A stretch of 64,000 nt of DNA from Tubiluchus corallicola (GCA_030141605.1 JAQGDQ010000005.1:186001-250000), one strand, 5' to 3'. Positions 13,501 to 25,300 are shown, numbered from the stretch's first letter. The notes: a model not told the origin generated them from the sequence alone. Program-made: numbers and translations.

Positions 13501-16500
13501 GCCTCCAGTTATAATACAATGTTCACCACTATATGCCACTGTGTGTATGACAATCGCAAACACCATGTATGAAAAGAATTGTAACACAATTAACCTCTTT
13601 TAGTGGCCTACAGAACTCCGCGTAACTGACGTACCAACTACCAAAGAGTAATATTGGTTTGACTCTATTGTCTCAAAGTTTAGTACACCCAAACTACATC
13701 TATGTGAATCTTAATACAAAATAAACCTGAAACGTTGCATTAAGGAGATGTAACTGCATTTCCAGACTGTGAATCTTCTCATCTTTTTCGAGGATATGGT
13801 TTTTTAAGTGTTTATTCACTTTTTCTAATTTCTGCAATTCTTCCTTCTCTTTCAACGATAAGCCTCCGAATTCTAGTCTTTGCTTCAGTTCTTTCTGTAT
13901 AAAAACAAAAAACTTATTATTCTATTGTACTTCAAATTTTGCTCGGAATTTTTATATTAGAATTTAACTGATACACTTAACGCAAAATGTGGAAGTTTGT
14001 TCACCAATTTGGGTTTAAAGCTCACAATGGTGCTGACTAGCTATTTTTGACATAGTATCAGGTTAAGTTCATTTTTTGTCCAACAATTCAAACTGTTTAC
14101 ACTCGATTGCATTTACAATATATTTCGCAAATAATATATGATAACTCTGCACATTGGTCACATCACAAACGTAATTAGAAACAATCTGTCTTGCATATGA
14201 AATTGCACTTTTAACGTTATACATATCTCGATTGTTGTTATATTTATATCTCAATAGTTGGTAGTTGTAACTCAAAACAGAGTCAACAGAATTAATCGCA
14301 TTTATGACAAAAAAATAAGGCAATTTTGACTAAAAATTTTGCAAACGATGCATAAAATTTAGGAAATCCAATATCAAACTGATAACTAGGTGGCATAGTT
14401 CCACTAATACCAGGTAATATATATTGCATAAGAAGGCCTAGTCTCAGTTCGTAGGTAGTATTTCTGTGAGTGCGATATGGCAGTTGCTACAGCTTCCCAA
14501 TACCAACATTCCAGGCAATGGCTTTACAAAAAGTTACTAACAAATGTTTGGACGATCCACTTACGGTTTCCATTTTATAACAAACAAATGGAAGAAAACG
14601 TGACAGGCACTCAACAAAAAATAAATTAATATAAAAAATCATCAAATGTTATCTTTGTGTAGTGATAACGATTATGACAATAGCTTAAAATAATTATATG
14701 AACACGCTTCAAAACCTGCAGACTGATAATTATGATTGTGCTTATGAAGTTGTTAGATTTTATCTAAATGTATAAAGGGAGCTAGACATTAAGTTCCTAC
14801 CTGATAAGAGTGGAAAAGTCTTGAGATAATGTCCGATAACTGTTGTCTGTAAGCGGTCCGTAACAGAAATAGTCGCTGAAATACATTAAATAGTTGTTAC
14901 AATGAGCAACTCAATTTTGTATAGTTATTTTTAACATTGCCATCTATACTAGTTACTCACCGCACTCGTTAGATAATTTTCTCATAAATTGTTTGTAGTG
15001 CCTAACCTGCAACTACTTCATTCCCCACGACGTGTTAAACCTGTAAACATGAGTTGGGTTTGTTTGATTTCCCGTAGGCTTACAGTTTCTATATAAGTAC
15101 AATGCTAAAAACTATTTGTGATGCTAGATATCTGTATGAACTTTATTACATACATATTTACATACGTAAATATACTCACGTACTCGTACGTACACACAAT
15201 AAAAAACACCACTCTTACATTAATTAACCTAATGACTAATTCAGCGAAGATGGAGGCTTAAAAACTTGTAAGCCATTCAGGACTTGAAACGAGGACCTTG
15301 TTATTTCAGGTCGCACGCGCTACCATTTGAACTACTGGTTTGTAGCACAATATATCTCTCCATTTTGAATACAATTAGCACTGTGAGGCGACAAACCCTT
15401 GCAGCTTTCTATGTATCTACAAGATGCACTCATCATCCATCAAGGAGCTGATGGTGTTATATGTAAAAACCATAACGGTAGACTCGCGGCAGCTTTACTC
15501 GTTTCTTCACTAAGTTCTCTAATCCTTTACGTCAGACTTGCCCTTAGCCTCCACTTGACATTGCTCACTAGGTTTCATTGTTACACTAAGCTGTTAAAGC
15601 CCATAAGCGCTACACTTTATATAGAAGTTTAATTACAGGATCTAATTTTAGTAAACCATATAATAAGGCGTGCTATTGACGTGGCACAGGTATGCCTAAC
15701 TATGCCAGCAAATTGAAAAAAGTCTACAGCACTGTCTCATACAATCTAAAGTCAATATAAATAGTATAAATAGACCGATAAATTTTTTCTTATTAGATTG
15801 CGTAGATTTTTTATTGTTAAAATTGCCACCTTTCTTTCATATAACAACCGTAATTTTATTAATAGTTTAACATTTTTCAAATTTCATATTATATTAAATG
15901 ATAAACGTTAGCGCAAATACAAAAATCTCTGATGATAATTATACACTAACTTTAAACTAAGTTTCATAGAACCCCATAACGTGTTTAAAAACTTATAATA
16001 ATAATTATTATTATTATTTAATTTATTTTAATTTACTGACTCAATTTAAATTTACAGACAATGTGCATTTAACAATGCAACACTATACATTACGACACAA
16101 TAAAAATACATTAAAATATATAAAAAAAATTTGAGTGTTGGGGAGACACCAAGCATGAAGTACACACAAAGAGAAAAATATATACATTGTCGGTTAGCTG
16201 TATACGCAGTTTAATACAAAGGACGAGTGCCGATTGGGTTTGTAGATTTAAATTCTACGCACACACCCATTTAGATGTATGGGCGAGAACACTCTTTCGG
16301 CAAATACACTAGAGAAAATTAACTGTTGCTACACATGAACAATATCAATATAGTGCGAAAGGAAAACATTTATATTGGAGATGTTTGTAATGGCTGTACT
16401 GTTTAAACACTCTTTCATTTTTATTCCGAAGATGGCAGAATAAACCTGTCGAAATTTTAACAACAAATAGGATATTGCAATTATCAAAATCATTGTTACT

Positions 16501-19500
16501 TATCTATTTCTCTACACATTGTTTAGAAGCAGTTAAGCTATTATAAGCATGAATAATACAATAATACAGAAACCTTGTTATGCTCTTTCCGTATATCTTC
16601 CACTTTCTCATTCAGCCTCATGTACCTAAGCATAAAAATAACATTTTCAAGGTGAAAAATTACAATGCCGGGATTTAGCTTTTAATCAATGGAACCATTT
16701 TACCAGACTGGTTGTTATTGTTGTCGTCGTCGTTGTCGTCGTAGTTGTCATTACAGTTACTGTTTGATGTTGCTGCTGCTGTTTTGCAGTTGCTGTTACT
16801 GTTGTTGTTGCCACTGCTGCTGCTGTTAACGCTGTTTTGCTGTAGTCGTTCTCGTTGTCGTTATCATTGTCGTTGTCGTTGTCGTTGTTGTATTGTTGTT
16901 GCCGCTGTCGTTGTTTCGTTCAGGCTAATATTACCCTCATTTAGCTCGTGGTCCTAATAAAGTCGCTTGTCGCACTTGAAAATGAAAGGACTCAAGTAAA
17001 ACTTGCAATTTAAAAACATTTTTTTGAGTTCCATTATAAGCTAATATCAGCATTAACATAATCCTTTCCAAAAATATCTTGCTGGAATAAGGAAAGCGGT
17101 TTGTTATGAGCTGTCATGACGTATTGACATTAAAACCACAAATTATTTGCGTCAAAGGAAGCATTAGTATACAACTATAAGTGAAAATTTAGCCTGAAGC
17201 TATGACACACAAAATCTAAATTTTGTAAAAAAAACAACAAGAAAAAAAGAAAAAGCCATTTTATACACTAAATAATGTACTAGTAAGTTCGCCAAAATCG
17301 ACTTTTTATTACATGTAAGTTTCATTTTAAAAGCAAACTAAACTGAATATATAAAATTAAACTTTTACTAGTTACCCATTGAAAGAATACATATTTTTAA
17401 CTATTAACAGATATTAAAGTTAGTGTATCAAAGAGAATGAACTTTGAGTTCATGTATTATTTACTTTATATTAACTCGCAGTGTCATAAAAAGATAATAA
17501 ACCTGATGAAAGGCGTGTAATGACAAAAGTAATTCAAATAAAACTACATCTTTATGATTATTTAATGGTTATAAGAATGGCATGGTACCTCCACGCATCA
17601 TTATTATAATGACCTAGTTCGTAAGTATTTTTACCATAGTCTATTATCAGAAAATGATGTCGGTCTTAGGATCACATTCGTCTTACCTCTGCTACGTAAA
17701 GGCAGTTAAGATAGTCAGAGGCAGATATCATTTAATATACACTTTATACTGTATGTAGAAGGGTGAGCCATCGGCGTTAGCTAAATGGAGTCTTTCGTTC
17801 TTTGTTTCTCTAATTACTATTCTTCGACGTTAATGCACAATCCATTTAGTACAGCAGATAAGCATAAAACTTGCGCACTTTTTGAGAAAAGTATAAAATG
17901 TGTAACATATGTAGGGAATATAATATAATATTTCATTTTAGATGTGAAGGAAAACCAAATTTGACCTGTGAGGGCTTAGATCTCAAATTCAAAATGACTG
18001 CCATCGAAACGGCAAAACTCATAATTGTTCCAATGTTTAACGTAGAGAGGCAAATGAAGCAGCTTCATACACGAGCATTTAATTTGGAAGCTTTTGCAAT
18101 ACAATTTTATTACAATACATTTACATTGCAAAATTTCGTAATTCCAGAACGGTTGTTTAGGAAATGCACAAAAATAATGTTTGTAAAGTAAGAAGGTAGC
18201 TAATGGTGTAATGCAATATAGACCCAAGTGCATTTTGATGTTTGGCCTAGCAGTCTTGTGAACACAGACATAGTATTGTGCTTTGCACCCCCAGCTTCGG
18301 TGTACTTGCAACGTCTTCTGCATCTTCACAGTGGCAGTGAATAAGCTCATAGTAAGATTTTGATCCACTCAGTAGTAGACTTTTGATCAACCCCAAAATG
18401 AGATGGATCTGGGCACTGCTCGGTCCAGGACCAATGCCAGATTCCAACAATTGGCCTTGTAGCGAGCGCAAATATGCTATTTTAAAGCTGCCTGTGTTGC
18501 TGGGATGTTCGTCAGAGATCCTGCTTTTATGTGTAAACAACTGCTTATTTTGTGTAGACAGGCTGTCTTTTTCTCTGCCATTGCAGTGCAGTTACAGTAT
18601 CACTCCCCAATAAAAGTATCAGATTATACTGCATCAGATTAAACGTGGCATCTATTTCATGAACAGGTATGTACCGGAACCTGAAACCAACTCCAAAATC
18701 AATCCATGGCTCAGCAGCAGCCATTTTGTTAAACATAGTTACACCAAGCACAAGCACATCTATATCAATAGTATGAGTAGTCACATCTCTTATAGTCGGT
18801 TAGCTCAGCATCTCCTGCATGCAGAAACAAGCATGTGTCAGCCTCCTCAAGGTGCTAGTTTAACAAAGCATAAACTAGCAGGAGTGCAAAGCACTCATCA
18901 GTTGTAAGCCCTGTGCTAGAGGAAGACGGACAGCTTCTCATGAAAAAAGTCATAGTGTATGTAAGGCTTACAGTACTCTTGAAATGTTTTGATGGTCCAG
19001 GATTCAGCATTTGGACCACAGCCGCTCCATCAATAATAACTGCACCAATCATAGCAACAACATTGTTTTCTGACGGAGATGATAAAAGGCAATGAAATAA
19101 TTCTGCTTTAACTGCACTCTATGTCTATTTTGTGGGGTTGTCTATTTTTCATGAGAAGAAACTGTCAATGTCTCCATCTCGTGTTTAAAGGAAATGTATA
19201 GTTTTGAGAAAAGACCACCGTCATTCTTCAAAGCTGTCTTTGTCACTAATTTCTAATTTCTGTCTTTGTCTGTAATTTCTGTCTTTTGTTTAGGCGTCTT
19301 TAGTGGTGGCCGACTAAAAAGAGTCAGTTTGTTTTTTGTGATTGTTTGGATAACAGGTGTCAAACATTGTTCCGGTTTTTCTCTCACAAGCTTTCTTGAG
19401 TACTGCTCCTCAGTCCTCGCCAGTGGTCTCTATCCTTCTCACGGTTTCTCTATTCTAGTGGGCGCACAGCAGTAAATGAAGCAAGAAAGCATCTGTTACA

Positions 19501-22042
19501 TAAACAACAAGATCTCTGGAGTACATCCCTCCAACACAGGCAGAACTAAAACAGCTCATTAAACGCACTCGCTACTACTAGGCCAATTGTTGGAGTCAGA
19601 CATTGGTCCTGGTTCCAGCAATGCCAGATCCATTTGACAGGATTCGACACCGAAAATAAGCTACTGAGAGGAACCACCCTTACAGAGGTACCAAATTCCT
19701 TCCATGAACTTATTTACTGACGTTCTGAGGAAGTGTGTAGCGGACGCTGCACGTTCACCAAAGCTGGGATGCACAGTGTACAGCACTATGTTTCTATTTA
19801 GGAGGTCAATAAAGCAAACATATAGGTCTGTACTATGAAAAAAGGAGATGTCGTTTTTTAAATCTAGCGTGTTTTTTCGAAAGGAGAATCGCAAAAATGA
19901 AGGTGAAATTAAGACGTTTCTTCGTGGAAACGTGTATTTTCGACAGTACACTTCTTTTTTCATCCAACCAAGTTGAAAGAAAAGCGACACGTCTTTTCAC
20001 AAACGACGACTGTACTTTCAAGAAAAAAACACGTATTATTATTTCTATTGTAACTGTAAGCAGAGTTTTTATCTAGTCAAATTATCAGAAAAACGAAAAG
20101 CACGCGTGTAATTATAAAACCGCGGCGTTGGTGGCTCATATATTTGGCACTTATACCCCAGCATACATTGGCATTTTTACTTCGGCACTTTTACCGCTGA
20201 ATTTAGAGAAAGCATCCCGAGGGACAACTTTTCACTTTCTGCATAAATTTAGACTGATTCGAGAATTGTTACATGCAGTTTAATTTATGATCTTAATTTT
20301 TCAATCTGAGGTTAGCACAATAATCAGCTCGACTAAGCCACTAAAGCATTTGACTAAGGATCTTGAAGACGTTTGATACTATAGAGATTTTTACTCACAG
20401 TTGAAATGCTGTTTCCTGCAAAGCGTGGTGGACTTTCAGCTCCATACTAGCTTTTGTGTTATCCAGAATTGCTCTAAATTGGCGCACAGCCTAAAATAAC
20501 AATTAACAGAAGAATTAATGGACAAAGTTCATTAGACTTAATAAAATAAAAACATAACGTTTGTCATAAGTGAGCCTTTATGAAAGATTTATTCCAGTTA
20601 GAAGTAAGAACAATGCAGAAAAAATGTTAGTATCCATTCGATTACAAGTACACGTATTATTTGCACCTCAAACATTTTGGTTGCTCGGTTCAATGTGCAG
20701 TACTTCTGCAGCTGTTGTCCAAAGTTACTTTTGAATGGACTTGACTTTAAAAAATCCAAGAAAAGCGTTTCACACTAGTACAGTTGTTGCAGCCTGAAAC
20801 CTTTGGGTCAGATCAACATAAAAATTACGCATCTGAATTTCAAAACTGGTTAGTTTAATACTACCCAGTCAATGTGTGATTCATTTTCATGTAGCTTAGT
20901 GATAATCATCAAGCCGTTAATATATTTGCTAGACAAAAAAGACTATGCTCACATTTGTTAGCTCATTAACCAATATTTGCGTATCCTGCAGTGACACTAT
21001 ATCAGTCTCATCTGTTTGCACGATGGCATGTTTGCCGAAAAATCCAACACGGGCGTCACAGAGTTCGTAGTAACTGAAATGAAACAATCATGGAAGTAAC
21101 AGTTATTAAGTTGTGCCGCATAGCAACTAATTTTAATTATGCGTGATTGTGTAGATAATTTCACGCAGTTAACCGAATTAAATTCAGCAAAATAAGGAAA
21201 TTAGCTGATTATCACATTTGTTATTAGTAATAGCGCATTCACGAAAAAAGTGTTTGGATCGCGAGAAACCATGGCAGTCGTCGCAAAACGGGCGTAAACA
21301 CACTACATTTTATCAATCCTGACACATTATCAACTTTTGTCTTTCGACTTTTTTTCTTGCACTTTTCTTGTTCTCTTTTTTGTTAGCCGATTTTTTCGAA
21401 CTCCTGAAGACGGTAGAGTGAAAAATAAAGCTGTGCACTTTTTCGATAAAATTTGTGAGTTATGTGGGTAAAACGAGAAGGTTTTTGGAAAATATGCAAC
21501 ATTTCTTAGCGATATTTATTAGAAGTTTTAATCGTAAACGTGTCAGTCTTATTAAACACACCATATAAAAATTTTTGTTTTCAATAGAAATGCAAAATGA
21601 AATCACCGTAGCAGTTATCGCGCTTGATTAACAATTTTAATTTTAAAAAGTACTTCAAAGCCCGAAGCTAAAATCGTCTTCAAAATTTAGTCTTGCGCTA
21701 GAAATTTTAAGATTTGTTTTCTAAAAGTTTTTGCATGTAATCACATCGCTCATAATTTAAATTAAAAAAGTTCAAATTATTGCAGTTACTGATCGATCTA
21801 AATTGATCGTGTTACCTTCTTGGTTTTCCTTTTATTTCTTTCTCCACCCAACTTTTTAGCGCCATTGACATGGTTTTATCTACTTTCAAACGTGATCCCA
21901 TGTTGTTTTCTAACATTTCCACGAATTGGTGTATGTCTTCAGTCGCTTTTTCGCAATGAGCGTCTAAAAAGCTATCAAACTTTTTCGAAAAATCTCGACA
22001 CATTTCCTGCTCTTTCACAAACTTATTCATAGTGACATCCAT
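7397..22042 (-). CDS. C10orf67: C10orf67-like coiled-coil protein (DUF4709-like N-term, DUF4724-like C-term); spliced, at least 15 coding exons, at least 684 codons, last exon not resolved
   Basis: Hand-assembled GT-AG exons with compatible phases: 22042-21816, 21073-20953, 20490-20399, 16625-16574, 14875-14801, 13894-13727, 12999-12928, 11706-11589, 10279-10221, 9800-9735, 9644-8952, 8540-8452, 8331-8266, 7763-7673, 7459-7397. The translation contains DARVGFFGKHAIVQTDETDIVSL...LQETAFQLYMRLNEKVEDIRKEHNKRLFLLRTAYRQQLSDII and LKAELSRVNRMWTRRFSIMQENMRAMKEESFLRQSL, matching my recollection of C10orf67-family motifs. Confidence 0.82.
7673..7763 (-). CDS. C10orf67: C10orf67-like exon (MRAMKEESFLRQSLLKQVPTLSYASAAYNK)
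   Basis: Acceptor ttttag, donor gtatct; A.KEE.FLRQ.L motif. Confidence 0.85.
8266..8331 (-). CDS. C10orf67: C10orf67-like exon (LKAELSRVNRMWTRRFSIMQE)
   Basis: Acceptor caacag, donor gtaaga; L..EL.R.N..W...F.I motif of the DUF4724-like region. Confidence 0.85.
8452..8540 (-). CDS. C10orf67: C10orf67-like exon (VHDLDEVTELEEQQQLPLYQQQELEKEIKQ)
   Basis: Acceptor tggcag, donor gtatgc; phase 0 to 2. Confidence 0.8.
8952..9644 (-). CDS. C10orf67: C10orf67-like large low-complexity K/R/E/S-rich exon (231 codons)
   Basis: Corresponds to ORF 8937..9611; acceptor ttctag at 9645, consensus donor ACA|gtaagt at 8951 (alternative in-frame donor gtaagg at 9062). Confidence 0.8.
9735..9800 (-). CDS. C10orf67: C10orf67-like exon (LNLLVEDLQRQLEDEKSKIQQR)
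   Basis: Acceptor ttgcag, donor gtaaga; phase 0 to 0. Confidence 0.82.
10221..10279 (-). CDS. C10orf67: C10orf67-like exon (ANSATLEKKLSQEKKDNRK)
   Basis: Acceptor ttaaag, donor gtaaga; phase 1 to 0. Confidence 0.78.
10960..11430. repeat. Degenerate minisatellite, ~29-30-bp unit (tgtcarcagagtactcagtttcttata)
   Basis: Recurring tgtcaacag/tgtcagcag...tactcag units, clearest at 11180-11340. Confidence 0.7.
11589..11706 (-). CDS. C10orf67: C10orf67-like exon (TNMTTLTETELERRATSDAL...EVERL)
   Basis: Acceptor ttttag, donor gtatgt; phase 0 to 1. Confidence 0.78.
12448..12540. repeat. Compound (GCA/GAC/AAC)n microsatellite
   Basis: Direct reading. Confidence 0.85.
12928..12999 (-). CDS. C10orf67: C10orf67-like exon (SGKSGTLLIENKRTFRKGSISAQS)
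   Basis: Acceptor ttgcag, donor gtgtgt; phase 0 to 0. Confidence 0.65.
13430..13500. repeat. (TAT)n microsatellite
   Basis: Direct reading. Confidence 0.95.
13727..13894 (-). CDS. C10orf67: C10orf67-like coiled-coil exon (KELKQRLEF...LLNATFQ)
   Basis: Acceptor atacag, donor gtttat; 56 open codons, heptad-like. Confidence 0.8.
14801..14875 (-). CDS. C10orf67: C10orf67-like exon (RLFLLRTAYRQQLSDIISRLFHSYQ)
   Basis: Acceptor tttcag, donor gtagga; Y.QQLSD motif. Confidence 0.85.
15271..15340 (-). mobile_element. Degenerate tRNA-like head (tRNA-derived SINE or tRNA pseudogene)
   Basis: Minus strand has an A-box-like tagttcaaatgg and a B-box-like gtttcaagtcc at tRNA spacing; stems imperfect. 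Confidence 0.45.
16574..16625 (-). CDS. C10orf67: C10orf67-like exon (YMRLNEKVEDIRKEHNK)
   Basis: Acceptor gcttag, donor gtttct; phase 2 to 0; continues the DUF4709-like LY.R.NE motif. Confidence 0.82.
16710..16915. repeat. Degenerate (GTT/GTC/GCT)n repeat
   Basis: Direct reading. Confidence 0.8.
18247..19440 (-). mobile_element. Decayed Academ (AcademX)-like DNA transposon ORF: XPG/PIN-like nuclease plus C-terminal Cys-rich region
   Basis: Frame-broken motifs IIDGAAVVQML, EEADT..FLH, TIDIDVLVL, WIDFGVG..FRYIPVHEI, GSDTV, IPATQAAL, ELIHCHC...LCLC; located in a C10orf67-like intron. Confidence 0.7.
19463..19805 (+). mobile_element. Second, inverted fragment of the same Academ-like element (C-terminal part)
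   Basis: VNEARKHL..RSLEYIPPTQAELKQLIKR..ANCWSQTL...ELIY...CSGRC; directly alignable to the reverse complement of 18250-18545 (shared ggccaattgttgga, cattggtcctgg, caacacaggcag). Confidence 0.72.
20399..20490 (-). CDS. C10orf67: C10orf67-like exon (AVRQFRAILDNTKASMELKVHHALQETAFQL)
   Basis: Acceptor ttttag, donor gtgagt; phase 0 to 2. Confidence 0.85.
20953..21073 (-). CDS. C10orf67: C10orf67-like exon (YYELCDARVGFFGKHAIVQTDETDIVSLQDTQILVNELTN)
   Basis: Acceptor tttcag, donor gtgagc; VGFF..H...QTD motif of DUF4709. Confidence 0.85.
21816..22042 (-). CDS. C10orf67: C10orf67-like probable first coding exon (MDVTMNKF...KGKPR)
   Basis: ATG at 22042; open frame to donor AG|gtaac, phase 2, which matches the next exon. 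Confidence 0.7.
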
Positions 22043-22242
22043 ATTTGCTTCGTATATGTATTTTTTTAATTTGCGCCAAATTCAAATAATCAAAATGACA
22101 ACCGTTCTTGGGTACAACAATAAACTGTTAAAACAGTTAAACTGTTCGTTAGCCGGTTGCTAATGAAGCGTTACAATGTTACGTCACTACTCAATTCGTC
22201 ATTATCTCTTAGTAATAAAGACGTCATAGTTTGAGCACCATC

Positions 22243-22333
22243 TAGGGTTACGGAGTTAGGGTTAGGGTTAGGGTTAGGGTTAGGGTTAGAGTTAGGGTTA
22301 GGGTTAGGGTTAGGGCTAGGGTTAGGGTTAGGT
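22243..22333 (+). repeat. Interstitial telomere-like (TTAGGG)n tract, about 14 units
   Basis: Direct reading: ttagggttagggttaggg... with a few variant units. Confidence 0.95.
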
Positions 22334-25300
22334 TTGTTCGTTGTGATATATTTGTTAGTTTAGTTTCGGTACATAATCTAAAGGGATTGTGCAGTTCAAC
22401 TCGAACATCATGGTGTATGCTCTATCAAATTTGTCATTTAGTTGTAAATAAAGGCAAAATTTTAAACTTATTGAATTTTAAATTTAATCAAGGTCTACAT
22501 CAAAACTGCACTGCTGCGTTGACTAGCAGAAAAACAAGTACAAAATCTGCGATCTAAGCTCATTTTTCATCATCAAGATGGCATAAGCAAAACAACTTTA
22601 ATAAAACAATAAAATGCTATAAAAACAATAAAACAACAAAAGTTTTGTATAAGAATGTCCGCACATACTCGGCCACTCCACATTCGTCGATTCTCGTCGA
22701 TAATGCCTGCACGTTCTTATTAATTTTTCTAGTTTTGATTCTGTCTGATTTAGCATTTTCGTAGCATTCTACTATTTCGCCCTCAAGCCCCAACATTGTA
22801 CAGGGGGATTTCCAAAAAAACAGATTCAAATCCAACTTTTTCTTTTCTTTGCTGCATCTCTTCGTAGATGCGTTGATTTTTCCTTGTGATCAGAGAAAAT
22901 ACGCAAAGTGCGAATGATTTACGGAATGTTATCTAATCACGCAATTTGGGAGTAGCCTTTGTAATTTATTTCAATTTGTCCTGACATTAGTAAACCACCC
23001 ACGCGTCGTCCATCGATCCGATGCGCTTGCAGACAAAGTCCAGAAACTCTCCAACGTCGGCGACCAGCAGCCGGATAAAGAGACATATTAAATCCTGTTC
23101 GTACGAACTGGCTTCAATATCGAAGTCTTTGCGACAATATGAACGGCGATGATAGACTGAGTTATTTGGCAGTAACACACCATCTCCCTTAAAAATTTAT
23201 TCTTCAAATTGTTCCACAGTTTTACAGTTTATGACGCTAAATCCACTGGCTTCAGCCTTGACAAATCAAGAAATTTCTACATCCGCCATTTCCAAATTGG
23301 ATAAGCGCGGAAGCCGGTTACTTTTTACAGGCAAATGACCGTATATCTATAATGTAATTTGAATGCTTGATTATAATACACAGCGTGTCTTTGGACAGAA
23401 ATGAACCATAGATTTCAGTTTTCGCTTTTCAGATTTTGTTTCGGACAGATCAGTTTGACGCACGTCTTACGTCATTTACATATCTATGCAATAATTCTGA
23501 GAACAGGTATTCTGCACGCTAAAATATACGTCTTGAATATTACGTGCAGTGTGTAAAAATAGAAGAATCAAGGGCGCACTAATTCGAATGAAAAAAGACG
23601 ATTCAAGAATTTAGAGCAGCTATCTACATAAATACTTTATGTTTCAGCCGCCCTTATTTCTGTTTATTCAGTACAAAGACACAGCTATCTTTTTGTTTCA
23701 AGATACTGGTGTTAAAAAAGCTAATTTTTTATTTTTATAGATGTGATTTACTTTGAACACGGTTATTTTTCATATTTTTATATTAATGTAAAGATAAAAG
23801 ATTACACAAATCGATAGGCTGACACTAACTCCCTCTACTTCTAAAATATGTATATATTTACAATGTAGACATGTATTACATTTATGTCCTCACACACACA
23901 TACTTACACATAAGCACACATACATGAATACACCGATATAGGGTTATATTTGTCTATATTTTAGGTTACGGTGCGTTTACTACTGCTTTAAAGTTAAATA
24001 TCGAACAATCCTGCATGTATCTTGCAAAGCCAAACACATGATGTTAGTTAATAAACCTAAGGTGCTCATGGTCATTACTAAGTTACTACTAATTATGATA
24101 TATCATGATAATTATATATATACTAATATCAGCGCATCCGAGCAAGCAATGACTAGAATTTCAACTCCTGTTTTAAGAGGCAACACCATTTCACCGCAAT
24201 CATCACACTAGTCGTGTATGATGATTGCGCGTTCTTGAATGACGTCATGGTTGCTTGAAAGTACCACTAACATGATGGATTTGCTCTTACTATTGAAAAA
24301 TCATTTGTTTTCTGTGTCATAATCAATATGGAGGTTATAAAAACACAGTTCACTTTTATATAGCAAATTGGCTTTCCTCGCTTCAAAGTACGATTTCCAC
24401 TTTTATACGATTTAATCTTGTTCAATTTCACCGTTTGTAAGCAGTTTATTACCTTGCGTACATAGAGCACTGCAACGTGTTGAACCGTAAAGTCTCTTTC
24501 TTTCTTTATTGTATCACATCTTAAGACGAAGTTTTTAATCGTGCGTTGGCGGTCGATGTACTGTAATTAAAACACGCGATGTAACTTAGTTTCTTTTACC
24601 AAGTGTTGATTTCAATTTACAAAGCTCGTGATTACATTAACGCCTTAGAAAAATTTTTGCAATGACAAAAGTGACACGCGTGCCTGCACACTTCTCTCAC
24701 TTTCCGAAGTCGGATTTTCCATTAGTCAAATTTCACTAATGGAGAGCATAAGAAGTTTACCTTGAAAAAATACGCTGCACTACCTCGAAAAGTATTATAT
24801 TTCACTTCCAAGCATTAAGTTTTCATTTTCAATAATAATAAAAATTTCATACATAGAATGGTTACATAAAACATATTCGTGTTATTAAAACAAAGCCACA
24901 AACCGCTTCAGCACCTGTCTAGTGTCATCCTTGGTTTGTAAGTGTTCAAAACGTGTAGCTAGAAAACCAGAAATAATGACGCGGTTAAACTGTCTTATAT
25001 AGACGTAATTAGAATTTACAAGGACTCAGTTTGTATTGTATACAGTAAATGAAATGCGTGTGAGCGGAGGTACGTGGCGTGCCAAAATATGAATAGAACA
25101 TTTTACAGTCATTTTACAGATACTGAATATGTAAATTTTAATTTCTTTTGCACAGTGGTTGTGACAGTTCAATCATGTTATTTTCAGGTTCTGCTAACTA
25201 CACATTTTCAACACTTGCAACTGAACTTAAGACCAGACAAGGGTTCAACTAAGATGAATACGTTTTATGCTATTGTTCTGTGCTTGAAATTTTTATTATT

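Noticed and set aside
14961-15040. Extra exon with a strong gtgagt donor
   Set aside because: Phase does not fit the neighbouring phase-0 exons, or the frame contains stops
20667-20745. In-frame cassette exon candidate (SSPFKSNFG...KMFE)
   Set aside because: Weak splice sites and it would interrupt the DUF4709-like motif
22617-23289. Stop-codon reassignment or readthrough
   Set aside because: All three stop types plus a frameshift occur, and neighbouring genes use the standard code; decay is the simpler explanation
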